DNA of 64,000 nt, taken from the IMG/VR virus record IMGVR_UViG_3300028586_000757; one strand, written 5' to 3'. Positions 19,162-28,878 of the stretch are shown here, piece by piece; the first letter of the stretch is position 1, and each line of letters starts with the position of its first letter. The notes below the pieces were generated by a model. It had not been told where the DNA came from and searched no databases. It saw only the letters and a program-made list of their open reading frames with translations. The position numbers and the translations under genes are program-made. The DNA is from an uncultured virus (IMG/VR IMGVR_UViG_3300028586_000757). Lineage: Duplodnaviria; Heunggongvirae; Uroviricota; Caudoviricetes.

Positions 19162-20775
19162 ATGATGCTGAACTTGATGTTGGACTTGGAAGCGTTCGGA
19201 CCGCGGCCGCGGGGCTTGATTGTTTCGGTCGGGGCGGTTGTATTTGATGACGAGTTGCCACCGGAGAGCTGTGTGCTCGAAGGGGAGACGAACCGATTTT
19301 ATGGGGTGCTCGATTACCAAGACGCGCAGGATGCGCGGTTTGAAGTGTCGGGCGAGACGATGGCTTGGTGGGCGACCCAGGGGCCGGCGTTTGCGCAGCT
19401 CATGCTCGAGATGAGTACCAAGGGCGAGCGCCTTGATGCGCTGTTCGGCCGGTTGGCCACCTGGCTCGCGCGCTTCAAGGACACGCCAGTTCGCCACTGG
19501 TCCAATGCGCCGTCGTATGACGCGCTGATGCTCGAGACCACGTTCAAGGCGCTAGGTCTGGCCAGTCCCCTGTCGTACAAGACGGAGCGCGACTACCGCA
19601 CGATGATGGAACTGGCGCATGGCGCTGTGCGTCCGGATGTGCCGGCCGGTGGTGTACACAACGCGTTGTTTGATGCCATCGAGCAGGCCAAGCTGGCCAC
19701 GGCCGCCCTGCAAAAGTTGCGCAGTGGTCCGGCGGCGCCGCTGGTCATTGCTGGCTACCCGACTCTTGGCGCTCTCCAGGTTTCGGCACCTGATGTCGCG
19801 CAGGTAGTCAGCAACCCGGCGGTTAAAGTCATCGCCACGCCAGAGACTCTGGCTGCGGCGCAGCCACTTGGTCAGGCGAATGTTGCACCTTCGGCGCTTG
19901 GCGAGCGGGTAGAGCCTCCCCGCGCTTCCGGTGCTTCGGCATCCATGTCCGCGCTGATGTCTGGTGCGCAGTGTGACGTGAAATCGGTGACGGCAGTGGT
20001 GGCGCTGGACATCGACGGCGTGGTGCAGACGCCGGCGCTGCAGGACTGGCACGAGATGGAACATGCTGGCCCGCTCATCGAAATCCTGGAAGAGATGCCG
20101 CATGTGGGTATTCTTATCAGTGCAACTGACCGCGAGACCAGCTCCCCAGCAGACATCGTGGCAATGCTGCCCGAGAAGATTGCCAGCCGTGTTGTAGGCA
20201 TGACGGATGTGACCAAAGATGGCCGGGCCAATGGTGGTCGCCAGGCGGAAATTGATGCGTGGCTTGCTCGGCACCCACATATCCAGACGGTGGTGGCCGT
20301 GGACGACGAGGCCTTCCTGTTTGATGAGCACTGCCCGTACCTGGTGCAGACTTTCAAGTGGATGGGCTGGACCGAGGACACCACCCGCGCGGTGCGTAGC
20401 CTTCTCGCCGGCGAAGTTCCAGATGTCAAAGTGACGTCGACCCTGGGCCGCGGCTCGAGCTTGCCGGCCAACTGGGCGGACCCGGATGCGGACCTGGACG
20501 GGGACGTCGATGTGAAGTCGCTGCAGGAGAAGGCGCGCCGGGATGAGCAGGAACGACAGGCTTGGGCGAGTAACCCGGCGGTGGGCCAGCAGCAGAACCG
20601 CGACGTGCCGCGTAGCTCCCTGGTGCGCGATGCGATGGAAACTCCGTCCCTGATGGCGCCGAAGTCCGGCGCAAAGGATGCGCCTCGAGTTCTGAAAGAC
20701 CGCGGCCGCCAGTTAGAAGAGCGTAACTCCCGGCCAGGGGGATGGCGCGGGTTCCTAACGCGCGGCGGCAAGTAA
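19162..20775 (+). CDS. DEDDh 3'-5' exo(ribo)nuclease (Rv2179c/DUF5051-like) fused to HAD 'Swiss Army knife' phosphatase domain
   Basis: MLDLEAFG...SNAPSYD...RDYRT...HNALFDA; second domain ALDIDGVV...ISAT.R...R..EI..WL...VAVDD; GGAGG RBS. Confidence 0.8.
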   Translation: MMLNLMLDLEAFGPRPRGLIVSVGAVVFDDELPPESCVLEGETNRFYGVLDYQDAQDARFEVSGETMAWWATQGPAFAQLMLEMSTKGERLDALFGRLATWLARFKDTPVRHWSNAPSYDALMLETTFKALGLASPLSYKTERDYRTMMELAHGAVRPDVPAGGVHNALFDAIEQAKLATAALQKLRSGPAAPLVIAGYPTLGALQVSAPDVAQVVSNPAVKVIATPETLAAAQPLGQANVAPSALGERVEPPRASGASASMSALMSGAQCDVKSVTAVVALDIDGVVQTPALQDWHEMEHAGPLIEILEEMPHVGILISATDRETSSPADIVAMLPEKIASRVVGMTDVTKDGRANGGRQAEIDAWLARHPHIQTVVAVDDEAFLFDEHCPYLVQTFKWMGWTEDTTRAVRSLLAGEVPDVKVTSTLGRGSSLPANWADPDADLDGDVDVKSLQEKARRDEQERQAWASNPAVGQQQNRDVPRSSLVRDAMETPSLMAPKSGAKDAPRVLKDRGRQLEERNSRPGGWRGFLTRGGK

Positions 20776-20916
20776 CTCCCGCGCTATTGCTGAGCACAGA
20801 GTTACAAAGGAATTCCGCATGTTGCTGTAAGGAATCGTCCATTTATGTTATAATGTGGCGGTTCCTTTCACTTTTTAGATAGCGGAAAGAGGCCTCAGGC
20901 ACCAAGGAGAACCGAG

Positions 20917-21183
20917 ATGACAAGCAGCAACAAGGATATGGTACCAATCAAGTTCAAAGTGCTGGACTTTGTGATTTATGCATTTCGCGCAACGTTTATT
21001 GCAGGTCTAATAGCCGTGCCACTGGCGTCAGGTGTGCTCGAGTATGGCGGAAGTGAGAAAACTGCAATGCTGGCGGCGGGGGTATTCACAGCGCTCCTGA
21101 TGCGTCTTAAGTTATTCGAGAGCCCTGCGAAACAATCGCAGGTAGAGGCCTCTAAGCCTCAAGTAGCTGCGAACTCCCTGTAA
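20917..21183 (+). CDS. Small 2-TM membrane protein
   Basis: AAGGAG RBS; upstream TGtTATAAT at ~20845-20854. Confidence 0.7.
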   Translation: MTSSNKDMVPIKFKVLDFVIYAFRATFIAGLIAVPLASGVLEYGGSEKTAMLAAGVFTALLMRLKLFESPAKQSQVEASKPQVAANSL

Positions 21184-21519
21184 GCACAGTTGCCAGGCAG
21201 CTCGTTCATCTAAGATTTTCTGATGCGTACGCGCCACCGCCGGGCTAAGCGCGAAGCGTTACCGAACAGCTTAACTTAAACAACTGCAATGGTTATAAGT
21301 GACCGCCGAGTTCCGCAATGGGCTCGGCGGTTTTGCTTTGCCCGGGTAGTGATGCCTCTAAATAAAGGAAGGCGATACACGTCCCAAACCAGGACCGGCA
21401 CCCAGTCGTCCTGGCCGCACAGAATGAATTTTCGGGTGGCTTGGTGGCTGGAGCTATCAACTACGAGCCGCTCTTCGAGCGAGGTTTTGATTCGCTCAGA
21501 CTTTTAAAAGGATACCGAG

Positions 21520-22014
21520 ATGAAGAAACTGATGATTGCAGCACTGGCCTTTGTCGCCTCGACCACTGGCGCGCTTGCAGCGGAATCGCCCAACCTGGCA
21601 CGCGCTTCGATTGAACTTGCAAAGAACGGTGTATCGGTCTCGAACTTCGACCTGAGCATGCTGGAAGGGGACCCTACCAACGTCAGTAGCGTTACGCAGC
21701 AGGCCTACGTTACCAACTGCAAGCCTGGCGAGGCCGGGAGCACCTCGGTGTCGACGACTACACTCACGACCGGCATGACCGCGCGGGTCACCGCTCTCGA
21801 CGTCACCGCGAAGGGCACGTTGTTTGCTGTCGCCTTCAATTATTCAGAGCTGGACAATGTAAAGGCGGTTCAGCTCAAGAACTGCAACGCCGAGGTCCCC
21901 AGCTCGCAAAACATCGGCAAATCGATGACGGTTTTCTTGAAACCTGGCGAGCCTGTCGAACTCGTCAGCACTATCGGCAAGGACAAGTACGTGTTCACCA
22001 TCCGTGACCGCTGA
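21520..22014 (+). CDS. Secreted protein resembling a secretin-core fragment
   Basis: Signal peptide ALA-A; YV...TTG...S.L...EVP...VFLKPGE pattern. Confidence 0.6.
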   Translation: MKKLMIAALAFVASTTGALAAESPNLARASIELAKNGVSVSNFDLSMLEGDPTNVSSVTQQAYVTNCKPGEAGSTSVSTTTLTTGMTARVTALDVTAKGTLFAVAFNYSELDNVKAVQLKNCNAEVPSSQNIGKSMTVFLKPGEPVELVSTIGKDKYVFTIRDR

Positions 22015-22206
22015 ACCTGCTTTGGCTCAGGCTGCTGCCTGATAGTCCTACCGTATTCGCCGCCGGCTACTCGAGAGAGCCCGGCGGTTTTGCTTTGCGG
22101 CACGAGGCATTTTATGCTATAATGTGGGACACGTCTTTCTAAAATATACAGGACTGCGGGTCTACGTGAGCAGTTCTACCTTTCGGTGTCTTACCCTGGT
22201 ACCCCC

Positions 22207-22605
22207 ATGGATACGAGTTTCTATTTTCTGCCGCAGTACCATGTGGCGACGATGCGCGATGGCCGGCAGGTCTGGGTTCCTCATCGCAGTCCGTCGCTCG
22301 AGTGTGTTCGTCTCGAGGCGCAGCGCATCGAGCAGGGTGGTGGGGTAGTTGATGCCAAGCCCTGGCTGCACCGGGAGTTCTTCGAGAAAGAATGCCGTCG
22401 CTGGCGCTGGGCGGCGGTGGCGTTGTTCATCGTTGCGTCGACGCTGATGGGCTGGCTCCTGAAGGGAATGCCTGGCATTGACCCGAGTATCGCAGACAAC
22501 TTCGTCGCCCGTGAACTGCTGGGCATGGCCTTAGTTGGTGGCGCCCTGGCCGTGTTTCGCGTGTTCGATACGTCGGCGACTCCTCCGAAAGATGCGCCGG
22601 CTTAA
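22207..22605 (+). CDS. Membrane protein, 'YHELT/WVP' paralog family member 1
   Basis: FLPQYHVATMRDGRQVWVP...ECV plus 2 TM. Confidence 0.7.
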   Translation: MDTSFYFLPQYHVATMRDGRQVWVPHRSPSLECVRLEAQRIEQGGGVVDAKPWLHREFFEKECRRWRWAAVALFIVASTLMGWLLKGMPGIDPSIADNFVARELLGMALVGGALAVFRVFDTSATPPKDAPA

Positions 22606-22780
22606 CGGCTAGACACGCTCGCCGGCGGCCCCTCCCTCCCGGCTCCTGAATATGACCGTCAAGCTTCCCTCGGGACTTGGCGGTTTTTCTTTTTTATGTT
22701 CTTTGACCCGGGTTTGTCCTGGATAAATAAATGCGCCCACTACATTTGAACCAATCTTTTCAATGTAAGCGCCCTGTCCT

Positions 22781-23383
22781 ATGAACAAATCTGAAACCGA
22801 CCCACTGGCCGTGTTGCCGGAGGAAATTGCTACGTGCCTGTTGCAGCGACCGACAAATGCGACCCAAGCCAAGGTGTTGGCCTGGCTGTCCAGCCATCAA
22901 CACGACACTCATTTCTGGGCACAATTTCCAGAACAAACTGCAACTGACAGTTACCGTTGGGCGGCTCAAGCAGAGAGCAAGACAATGTTTTGGGGCGGCC
23001 CGCTTTGGGTTCTGATGAACCTGGGGCTGGCGGGCTGGGCGGGTTATGAAGTAGTCACTCGCATCGACCTAGGGGAATTCTGGACCATTGGGCTAGGCCT
23101 ACTGGCGGTGATGTCGGTTCTGCTTGGCGGGTGCGCATTCGTCTTCGGAGCCTTGGCCCGGCCGTGGGCGCGGCTCTGGAACTGTGAGCACGTGGCGAGC
23201 ATTCAGAGCATCGTTGGAGGGTGCTCAGATGAGTTCCTCGAGGATGTAACCATCGAAGTCGAAGGCAGTCCGGCAGCGATGAAGTACCTTAACGAAGTGG
23301 GCAAGCATCGTAAGCTTATCGCACAAGATGTTCACATCGCTCGGCACCTGGCGCCGGGGTACGTCCCTCTAGTTGACGCCTGA
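22781..23383 (+). CDS. 2-TM membrane protein
   Basis: 200-aa ORF; terminator at ~23405-23429. Confidence 0.7.
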   Translation: MNKSETDPLAVLPEEIATCLLQRPTNATQAKVLAWLSSHQHDTHFWAQFPEQTATDSYRWAAQAESKTMFWGGPLWVLMNLGLAGWAGYEVVTRIDLGEFWTIGLGLLAVMSVLLGGCAFVFGALARPWARLWNCEHVASIQSIVGGCSDEFLEDVTIEVEGSPAAMKYLNEVGKHRKLIAQDVHIARHLAPGYVPLVDA

Positions 23384-23573
23384 GCTGTGCCAGCTGCAAC
23401 TACGAAGCCCACTCTCGCGTGGGCTTTTTCATTTTCGGGCGGCATCGATAACGGGGCGCACATCTGCGTTCTCTCCTGACTAACCCGACATCGGCTAAAC
23501 CGTGGGCGATATAGGTGACATTACGCGCCGCGGCATATTCGCCTGCGGTGGCCACTTGAAAGTTGTTGCTGTC

Positions 23574-24032
23574 ATGTCGATTCCTCTTTCCTTTACTCCA
23601 CGCTATCACGAGCTCACCCATCCAGATGCGAGTGCCATCTGGACGCCGATGTACAACCCCAACCGCGAATGTGTGGCGGAGGAACGCAAGCGCATTGAGG
23701 CCGAAGGATTCCAGGTCGAGACCCGTGCGGAGAAGCTCGAGCATCTCTTTGAGCCCGCGCGCAACTCGGCCGGCGAAAAGCTAAAGCGGGCCCGGGCCGA
23801 GCTGGTTGACGGGGTCAAGCTGGCGGCGCTCGCCCTGCTGGTAGTGCTTGGTGCGTTCTTCTTTCTGTCGTATGTCTTCGGCACTCTGGCTGCGCGCTGG
23901 TTCTATCCTACCTGGTTCGCCACGCTCTCTTGGCTGCCTGCTACTGCCATGGTGTACGGCGTAGGTGCACTTGCGGCAGGGCCGGCACTCTTCGTGCTGG
24001 GACGTAAAGTTCTGCGAGTGGAGACACGCTGA
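23574..24032 (+). CDS. Membrane protein, 'YHELT/WVP' paralog family member 2
   Basis: SFTPRYHELTHPDASAIWTPMYNPNRECV plus 2 TM. Confidence 0.75.
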   Translation: MSIPLSFTPRYHELTHPDASAIWTPMYNPNRECVAEERKRIEAEGFQVETRAEKLEHLFEPARNSAGEKLKRARAELVDGVKLAALALLVVLGAFFFLSYVFGTLAARWFYPTWFATLSWLPATAMVYGVGALAAGPALFVLGRKVLRVETR

Positions 24033-24493
24033 TGGAGACCCTTCTTTCGTTCGAGCCGAAGTACCACGAGCTCACTTGCCGCGACGGCCAACCAGTCTGG
24101 GTGCCGATGTACAACCCGATGCGCACCTGCGTTAGCCAGGAAAAACTGCAGCTGGTGGCGGCCGGCTGCCAAGTGGAAGAGCGTCTCGCACGGCTTCCGA
24201 AGGCGGTGCGTCGCGCCGCTGCACGCACCAAGCGCCGGGAGCGATATTCCCGGTGGGCTCCAGTTCTAGACCCGGTGTTGGCGGTAGGGATGGCCATAGG
24301 CGCCTTCGCGATGTTCGCACAGATGAGCTGCCTGGTCGGGGCATCGCTCGTAAATGCCTACGACCCTGTCTGGTTCAAAGGGCTCACACAGGTGGAGACT
24401 CTTGCGATTTCGGCCGCGGCAGGGCTGCCGATTGTCGGCGTCATCGTTGGCGTATTGAGCCGGTCCTGGTGGCGCTGCGCAAACGCTCACTAA
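24032..24493 (+). CDS. Membrane protein, 'YHELT/WVP' paralog family member 3
   Basis: SFEPKYHELTCRDGQPVWVPMYNPMRTCV; TGATG stop/start overlap with member 2. Confidence 0.75.
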   Translation: METLLSFEPKYHELTCRDGQPVWVPMYNPMRTCVSQEKLQLVAAGCQVEERLARLPKAVRRAAARTKRRERYSRWAPVLDPVLAVGMAIGAFAMFAQMSCLVGASLVNAYDPVWFKGLTQVETLAISAAAGLPIVGVIVGVLSRSWWRCANAH

Positions 24494-24530
24494 GCGGCAA
24501 TTGCTGAAAAATTCTATGAACAATCATTCC

Positions 24531-24962
24531 ATGCAAACGTTTCTTTCCTTCAAGCCGCGGTACCACGAGCTGACTTGCCGTGACGGCAAACCGGTGTGGG
24601 TCCCGATGTATAACCCGATTCGCGAGTGTGTGCAGACTGAATGCCAGCGCATCAAGGGTGAGTTTGGCGTGGTCGACTCAACTGCCTGGGTGCGCCCTGC
24701 GGTCAAAAAGATGGACGGCAGGGAACTGTGGTCGCAAGTTTTCGGCCTGGTTCTGTACTTCGGCGGCGCGCTTGCGCTGGGCTGGCTGATGTCTAAGGTG
24801 CCGCTACTGGAGGGCGTTCTTGATATGGCGCCGGCGGACCGTCGGGTAGCGGGAATGATGGCAATGGGAGGGGCGGTGCTCTCTCTGGGCAGCATCGTTG
24901 TGGTGCTGGTGCGACGAAAGAACATTGGCCCGGGTTCGGCGCCGAAAACTCCTGAGGCATGA
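24531..24962 (+). CDS. Membrane protein, 'YHELT/WVP' paralog family member 4
   Basis: SFKPRYHELTCRDGKPVWVPMYNPIRECV plus 2 TM (alternative start 24516). Confidence 0.75.
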   Translation: MQTFLSFKPRYHELTCRDGKPVWVPMYNPIRECVQTECQRIKGEFGVVDSTAWVRPAVKKMDGRELWSQVFGLVLYFGGALALGWLMSKVPLLEGVLDMAPADRRVAGMMAMGGAVLSLGSIVVVLVRRKNIGPGSAPKTPEA

Positions 24963-25230
24963 CAGGGGCTGGCGCTGGTTCCCTGCATCGTGATGTCCGG
25001 TGCGCAGGAGCTCAAACTCCAGCCAGCAGGAGAGCGCTTCCAAGGCAGTTCCTTGGCCAGGATATCGGTAAAGGGTTGCCGCGAATTTCGCCACGCACTA
25101 AGACTGCTGATGCATACTGACGGGTCCTTCGGGGCCCGTTTTTCTTTTGGGGGCAGGTGAGCACCGCCCGTAAATGAAAACCCTCCAAGGTCGAAACCGT
25201 TGGAGGGAATTGGAAAGGCGAGGGCATAGC

Positions 25231-25491
25231 TTAAGTTGGCGACTTGTCCTGAAGGCGACGATGAACTTTGATACTGAGGTAGTACGTCAGAAGGCTCAAT
25301 CCGACCAGCAGGGGGAGTGCTGGCCAGGTCGGGAGTCCGTCGCGTTGATGGAACGTTATGAAGGATGCAAAGCCGACGAATGTCGCGAGGCCCCAGTAAG
25401 TGTCCGCGGCATCCCGCATGAAAATGCGACCGATTCCGTGAAGTACCAGTACCTGGGTAATGGCGCTGGCGATGATGATATACAACGGCAT
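25231..25491 (-). CDS. Small membrane protein
   Basis: Hydrophobic 86-aa ORF preceded by CTAGAC-N5-AGGACAA. Confidence 0.6.
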   Translation of the reverse strand: MPLYIIIASAITQVLVLHGIGRIFMRDAADTYWGLATFVGFASFITFHQRDGLPTWPALPLLVGLSLLTYYLSIKVHRRLQDKSPT

Positions 25492-25577
25492 TTGAGTGTT
25501 TCCCGATTAGTTGTCCTGGTTAGTCTAGCAGCTCGGCCAAAGGCCACCTCGAGGCTAGGCCCGCTTTGCTAGTTTTC

Positions 25578-25595
25578 CTATACGAGCCAGGACAA
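25578..25595 (+). promoter_or_regulatory. Representative CTA(T/C/G)AC-N5-AGG(A/T)CAA upstream motif (~17 copies in window)
   Basis: CTATAC-GAGCC-AGGACAA ending 19 nt before ATG; other copies listed in findings. Confidence 0.7.
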
Positions 25596-25614
25596 CCACA
25601 CAAAGGATTCAGTT

Positions 25615-26322
25615 ATGTTTCTCACCCCAAACTTTCGCGCCGAGCCGTCTAATCTCAACGTCGTCGCTAACGGAAGGGGCCAGCTGCACGGTGCTTCGGT
25701 ACAGCAGATGGTGAACACCGCACGTTACGACGACTACGCGCGCGCCAGTCTTACCATCGCGTTGCTCTCGCACATGTCACTGGACCCGCTCGCGGGCATC
25801 TGCCTGGAAGACTTCGTCGACACGAAGCCCTCGGCCGACAGCGTGGTCGGGGTCTTCCTGAGCTTTTACCAGGTGGCCAACTTCATCGGCAGTTTCACCA
25901 TCTCGAGGACCTCCTCGGAATGGTCGGCGCTGCAGCAGGCAATCCGCCAGAACATTGAAAGCAAGATGTTCAAGGCTGCGTCGATGCACCTGCGTATGCG
26001 TGACAAGCTCAATGCACGTGTTCGGGGTCTGGAAAAGCGCGCTAGCGCCGTACACCAGAAAACTCTGGACGACGCACTTAACGAGCGTAACCCGCAGCCG
26101 GCCCAAGGCTGGCGCCGTCCGAGCGAAGCCGTCCTAGACGTGTGCTACTCCCTCGCACGCGCAGCCAGGCAGGTGGTCTTCGTTCCACCGCGACAGCGCC
26201 TGGACCGTCGCATGGATTCGGTACGCCGCCAGGCCTACCATCCTGACTACCGCGGCAGCTTCTATGAGATGCAAACGGCATTCGCCGCCAAGTACATGAC
26301 GCAAAGTGCTATGCTTCAGTAA
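25615..26322 (+). CDS. Hypothetical protein
   Basis: AAAGGA RBS, CTATAC-N5-AGGACAA motif, downstream hairpin. Confidence 0.7.
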   Translation: MFLTPNFRAEPSNLNVVANGRGQLHGASVQQMVNTARYDDYARASLTIALLSHMSLDPLAGICLEDFVDTKPSADSVVGVFLSFYQVANFIGSFTISRTSSEWSALQQAIRQNIESKMFKAASMHLRMRDKLNARVRGLEKRASAVHQKTLDDALNERNPQPAQGWRRPSEAVLDVCYSLARAARQVVFVPPRQRLDRRMDSVRRQAYHPDYRGSFYEMQTAFAAKYMTQSAMLQ

Positions 26323-26452
26323 ATTCGCATCAGATTCATTCATCCGCTCAAGGCTTTCCGGTCTTGGGCGGATTTTGTGTTATCGCAGGCCCACGGCGAC
26401 ACGGATAAATAATGCGTCTAAACTGCTTACTTAACTACGACAGAGGGCCTAC

Positions 26453-27046
26453 ATGAACAATTCTGCCAATCCGGATACCCATGATATGCGCACTGCTTGT
26501 ACTCCGAAAGTATTCTTTAGAGGGCTGGCCCTCCTGATAAAACGATTCTATTCGGAAAACACGGCCGCAATTGTCGGCGTATGGTGTTTCTTGGTGGGCC
26601 TGGGCTTCCCGGTCCTGCTGGAGGTGAACATTGTCCAGGTGGATGTTGATGGCATTGCCTGGTGGGCGCTTGCCTCTTTGGCCACGAGCCTAGGCTGTGC
26701 GGCGTTCGTATGTTTTATGAAGCGGCATCGTGACATCTTTGCTGCTTTGGCCCTCATGATGGCTATGGCTTACGTGGTGCAGGTAACGGGACTGGTGACA
26801 TTCCTCAGGACTGGCCTGTCGACAGGGACTATTCCGTTGGCAACAATGTTGGATGCGGGAGACTGGTGGCAAGCCTCCTCACTGACTGTCAAGGCTGCCG
26901 TCCTGCCAGCATATGCTGTTGCAGTTTTAGCAAAGTATGCCCTGTACGGTGGAGCAGTCGCTCTCGCCGTCTGGGGATTGGTCAAGCTGCCAAAAGCGAC
27001 CCGTGCTGTGGCACGCTACATTTGTCAGGCCGGCCAGGCTCACTGA
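26453..27046 (+). CDS. Polytopic membrane protein (paralog A)
   Basis: SANP...CTP..F..GL start and WGLVKLPKATRAVARYIC end shared with 27188-27748. Confidence 0.75.
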   Translation: MNNSANPDTHDMRTACTPKVFFRGLALLIKRFYSENTAAIVGVWCFLVGLGFPVLLEVNIVQVDVDGIAWWALASLATSLGCAAFVCFMKRHRDIFAALALMMAMAYVVQVTGLVTFLRTGLSTGTIPLATMLDAGDWWQASSLTVKAAVLPAYAVAVLAKYALYGGAVALAVWGLVKLPKATRAVARYICQAGQAH

Positions 27047-27187
27047 CATACGGCCAGCCTCGTTCGAACCGCTCAGCGCTTTGGTCCTGAGCGGTTTTTC
27101 TTTTGGGATGCGGTAAGAGCGCCCTCAGTGCGCACAGGATAAATAAAGCTCCTAAACTGAGCACTTACAGAAACGAGGGGGCTTTCG

Positions 27188-27748
27188 ATGACTACTTCAG
27201 CAAATCCGGAGAACGAAGACACCGGCGCAGTGTGCACGCCGCAATCGTTCGTTAAAGGGCTCTACCTCTTGGCGAAATCCTTTGTGAAAGACTGCGCCAT
27301 TCCCTTGGTGCTGGTGGCACTGTTGATGCTGCTCCTGACTATTTCCAGCATTCCAGCAGTGAACAACTATCACATGGAGGCGGACGACTTTGCGCTGGCA
27401 AGCGTGCTCACGTTTATGCTCAGCGCAGGGTACGGTGCACTTGCCTATTTCAAAAAGCCGTATCGATACGAGTTTTTGATGGGAACCCTGTTCCTGGTCA
27501 TGATTCACATGCTCTCCGCGATGATGACGACCATGCTTGCGCCGGCCTTCTTCCAAGGCGATACCTGGTGGCAATCGGCACCTGCCTTGTTCACCGCGGC
27601 AGTACTTCCGGTATATGTGACGATGGTATTGTTGCAGTTCGCGGCTGCAGGTGCGGCGGTCGCCTTGGTGGTATGGGGCTTGATTAAGCTGCCCAAGGCT
27701 ACTCGTGCCGCTGCACGCTACATCTGCCGGACTGGCCAAGGCGGCTGA
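27188..27748 (+). CDS. Polytopic membrane protein (paralog B)
   Basis: WGLIKLPKATRAAARYIC; GAGG RBS. Confidence 0.75.
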   Translation: MTTSANPENEDTGAVCTPQSFVKGLYLLAKSFVKDCAIPLVLVALLMLLLTISSIPAVNNYHMEADDFALASVLTFMLSAGYGALAYFKKPYRYEFLMGTLFLVMIHMLSAMMTTMLAPAFFQGDTWWQSAPALFTAAVLPVYVTMVLLQFAAAGAAVALVVWGLIKLPKATRAAARYICRTGQGG

Positions 27749-27805
27749 CCGAGCGACTTATTACTGCGCTATACCGTCATAAGGACACTAACCAAGGAGC
27801 TCCGC

Positions 27806-28138
27806 ATGGAAGGATATCTCGGCGAAACGCCGGTCGACCTCTCGACTCACCCCGAGTTCTCGAAGTACACGCCCATGGATTGGGCGATGCTGTTCATCTC
27901 CTACTACGGGCAGATTGACGGCGGGCACCACAAAGCCTGGGTGCTGGACGCTGTGAGCCAGATTCTCAAAGGAACCCCGGTCATTGTGACCGAGGCCCGC
28001 TGGTCGAACGGCAGCACCGAATACCGCTACAATCTCGGCGAGCCTAGCCAGGCATACCTGGACTGGCGTGAAGAGATGCTGGGCCGCGACGAGTCTGGCG
28101 AACCGCAATACGAATACGACGAGGGCATCGCCCCTTAA
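27806..28138 (+). CDS. Phage-type hypothetical protein
   Basis: YGQIDGGHHKAWVLD...YDEGIAP; AAGGAG RBS; terminator. Confidence 0.75.
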   Translation: MEGYLGETPVDLSTHPEFSKYTPMDWAMLFISYYGQIDGGHHKAWVLDAVSQILKGTPVIVTEARWSNGSTEYRYNLGEPSQAYLDWREEMLGRDESGEPQYEYDEGIAP

Positions 28139-28281
28139 CTGCATTCAAAGGCCACTCTTTCTTGAGTGGCCTTTTTCATGGCATACGCTGTGTTGCCGCA
28201 TGGACATTTTAGGGTCAAAATGCTATAATACCCCTCTTCGGTAGCGCGTTGCGCTCCACATGCTTTTTACAGGGGATGAAT

Positions 28282-28623
28282 ATGGGTTGGAGCATCGCGC
28301 TCATCAGCAACGACGTCGAGATTTCCAGCGAGTGCGCCAAAGACCTCTGGAAGGCAGTTCAGAAGGGCGATAATCCCTGGTATGAGGAAGACGAGATTAC
28401 TTGGCGAGGGAAGCTGAGCTTTAACAGCGACCACATGGAACACATGGATTACATGTGGAATCCGAAGATTCAAGAGGTGCTGGCCAAGCACAAGGTCAAC
28501 GGCGACATCACGTTCGGCAGCCTGGATGGTGACAATCGCGGCCAGTTCTGGGGTTACCGTTTTACGAACGGCGTCCTGACGAAGTTGACGGGTAAGGTCG
28601 TGTTCGAGGTCGACCCGAGCTAA
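28282..28623 (+). CDS. Hypothetical protein
   Basis: AGGGG RBS; TGCTATAAT extended -10 at 28221-28229; terminator at ~28643-28666. Confidence 0.7.
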   Translation: MGWSIALISNDVEISSECAKDLWKAVQKGDNPWYEEDEITWRGKLSFNSDHMEHMDYMWNPKIQEVLAKHKVNGDITFGSLDGDNRGQFWGYRFTNGVLTKLTGKVVFEVDPS

Positions 28624-28694
28624 TTGAGCTCCGAGCAGTGCTAACGCCCCTATATGGGGCGTTTTTCATTGGTAGCCGAGAATCGATGTCTAAA

Positions 28695-28723
28695 TTGACA
28701 TTTTAGTGGCCGGGTTGTACCAT
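28695..28723 (+). promoter_or_regulatory. Sigma70-type promoter
   Basis: TTGACA-17-TACCAT about 155 nt upstream of ATG 28879. Confidence 0.65.
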
Positions 28724-28878
28724 GGTTCTTGAGTCGCCCGTGCCGACTTGCCCGCCCACAGCGGCGAAGCTGGACTTACAGCATGCATGAGGACCTTCGA
28801 GGCTTGGTTGACCATTGGTCGCAAGTGACTCGGTGTGTGGGCGCATCGCAGTACGGCGGCCTTATGGAGATTTCAACC

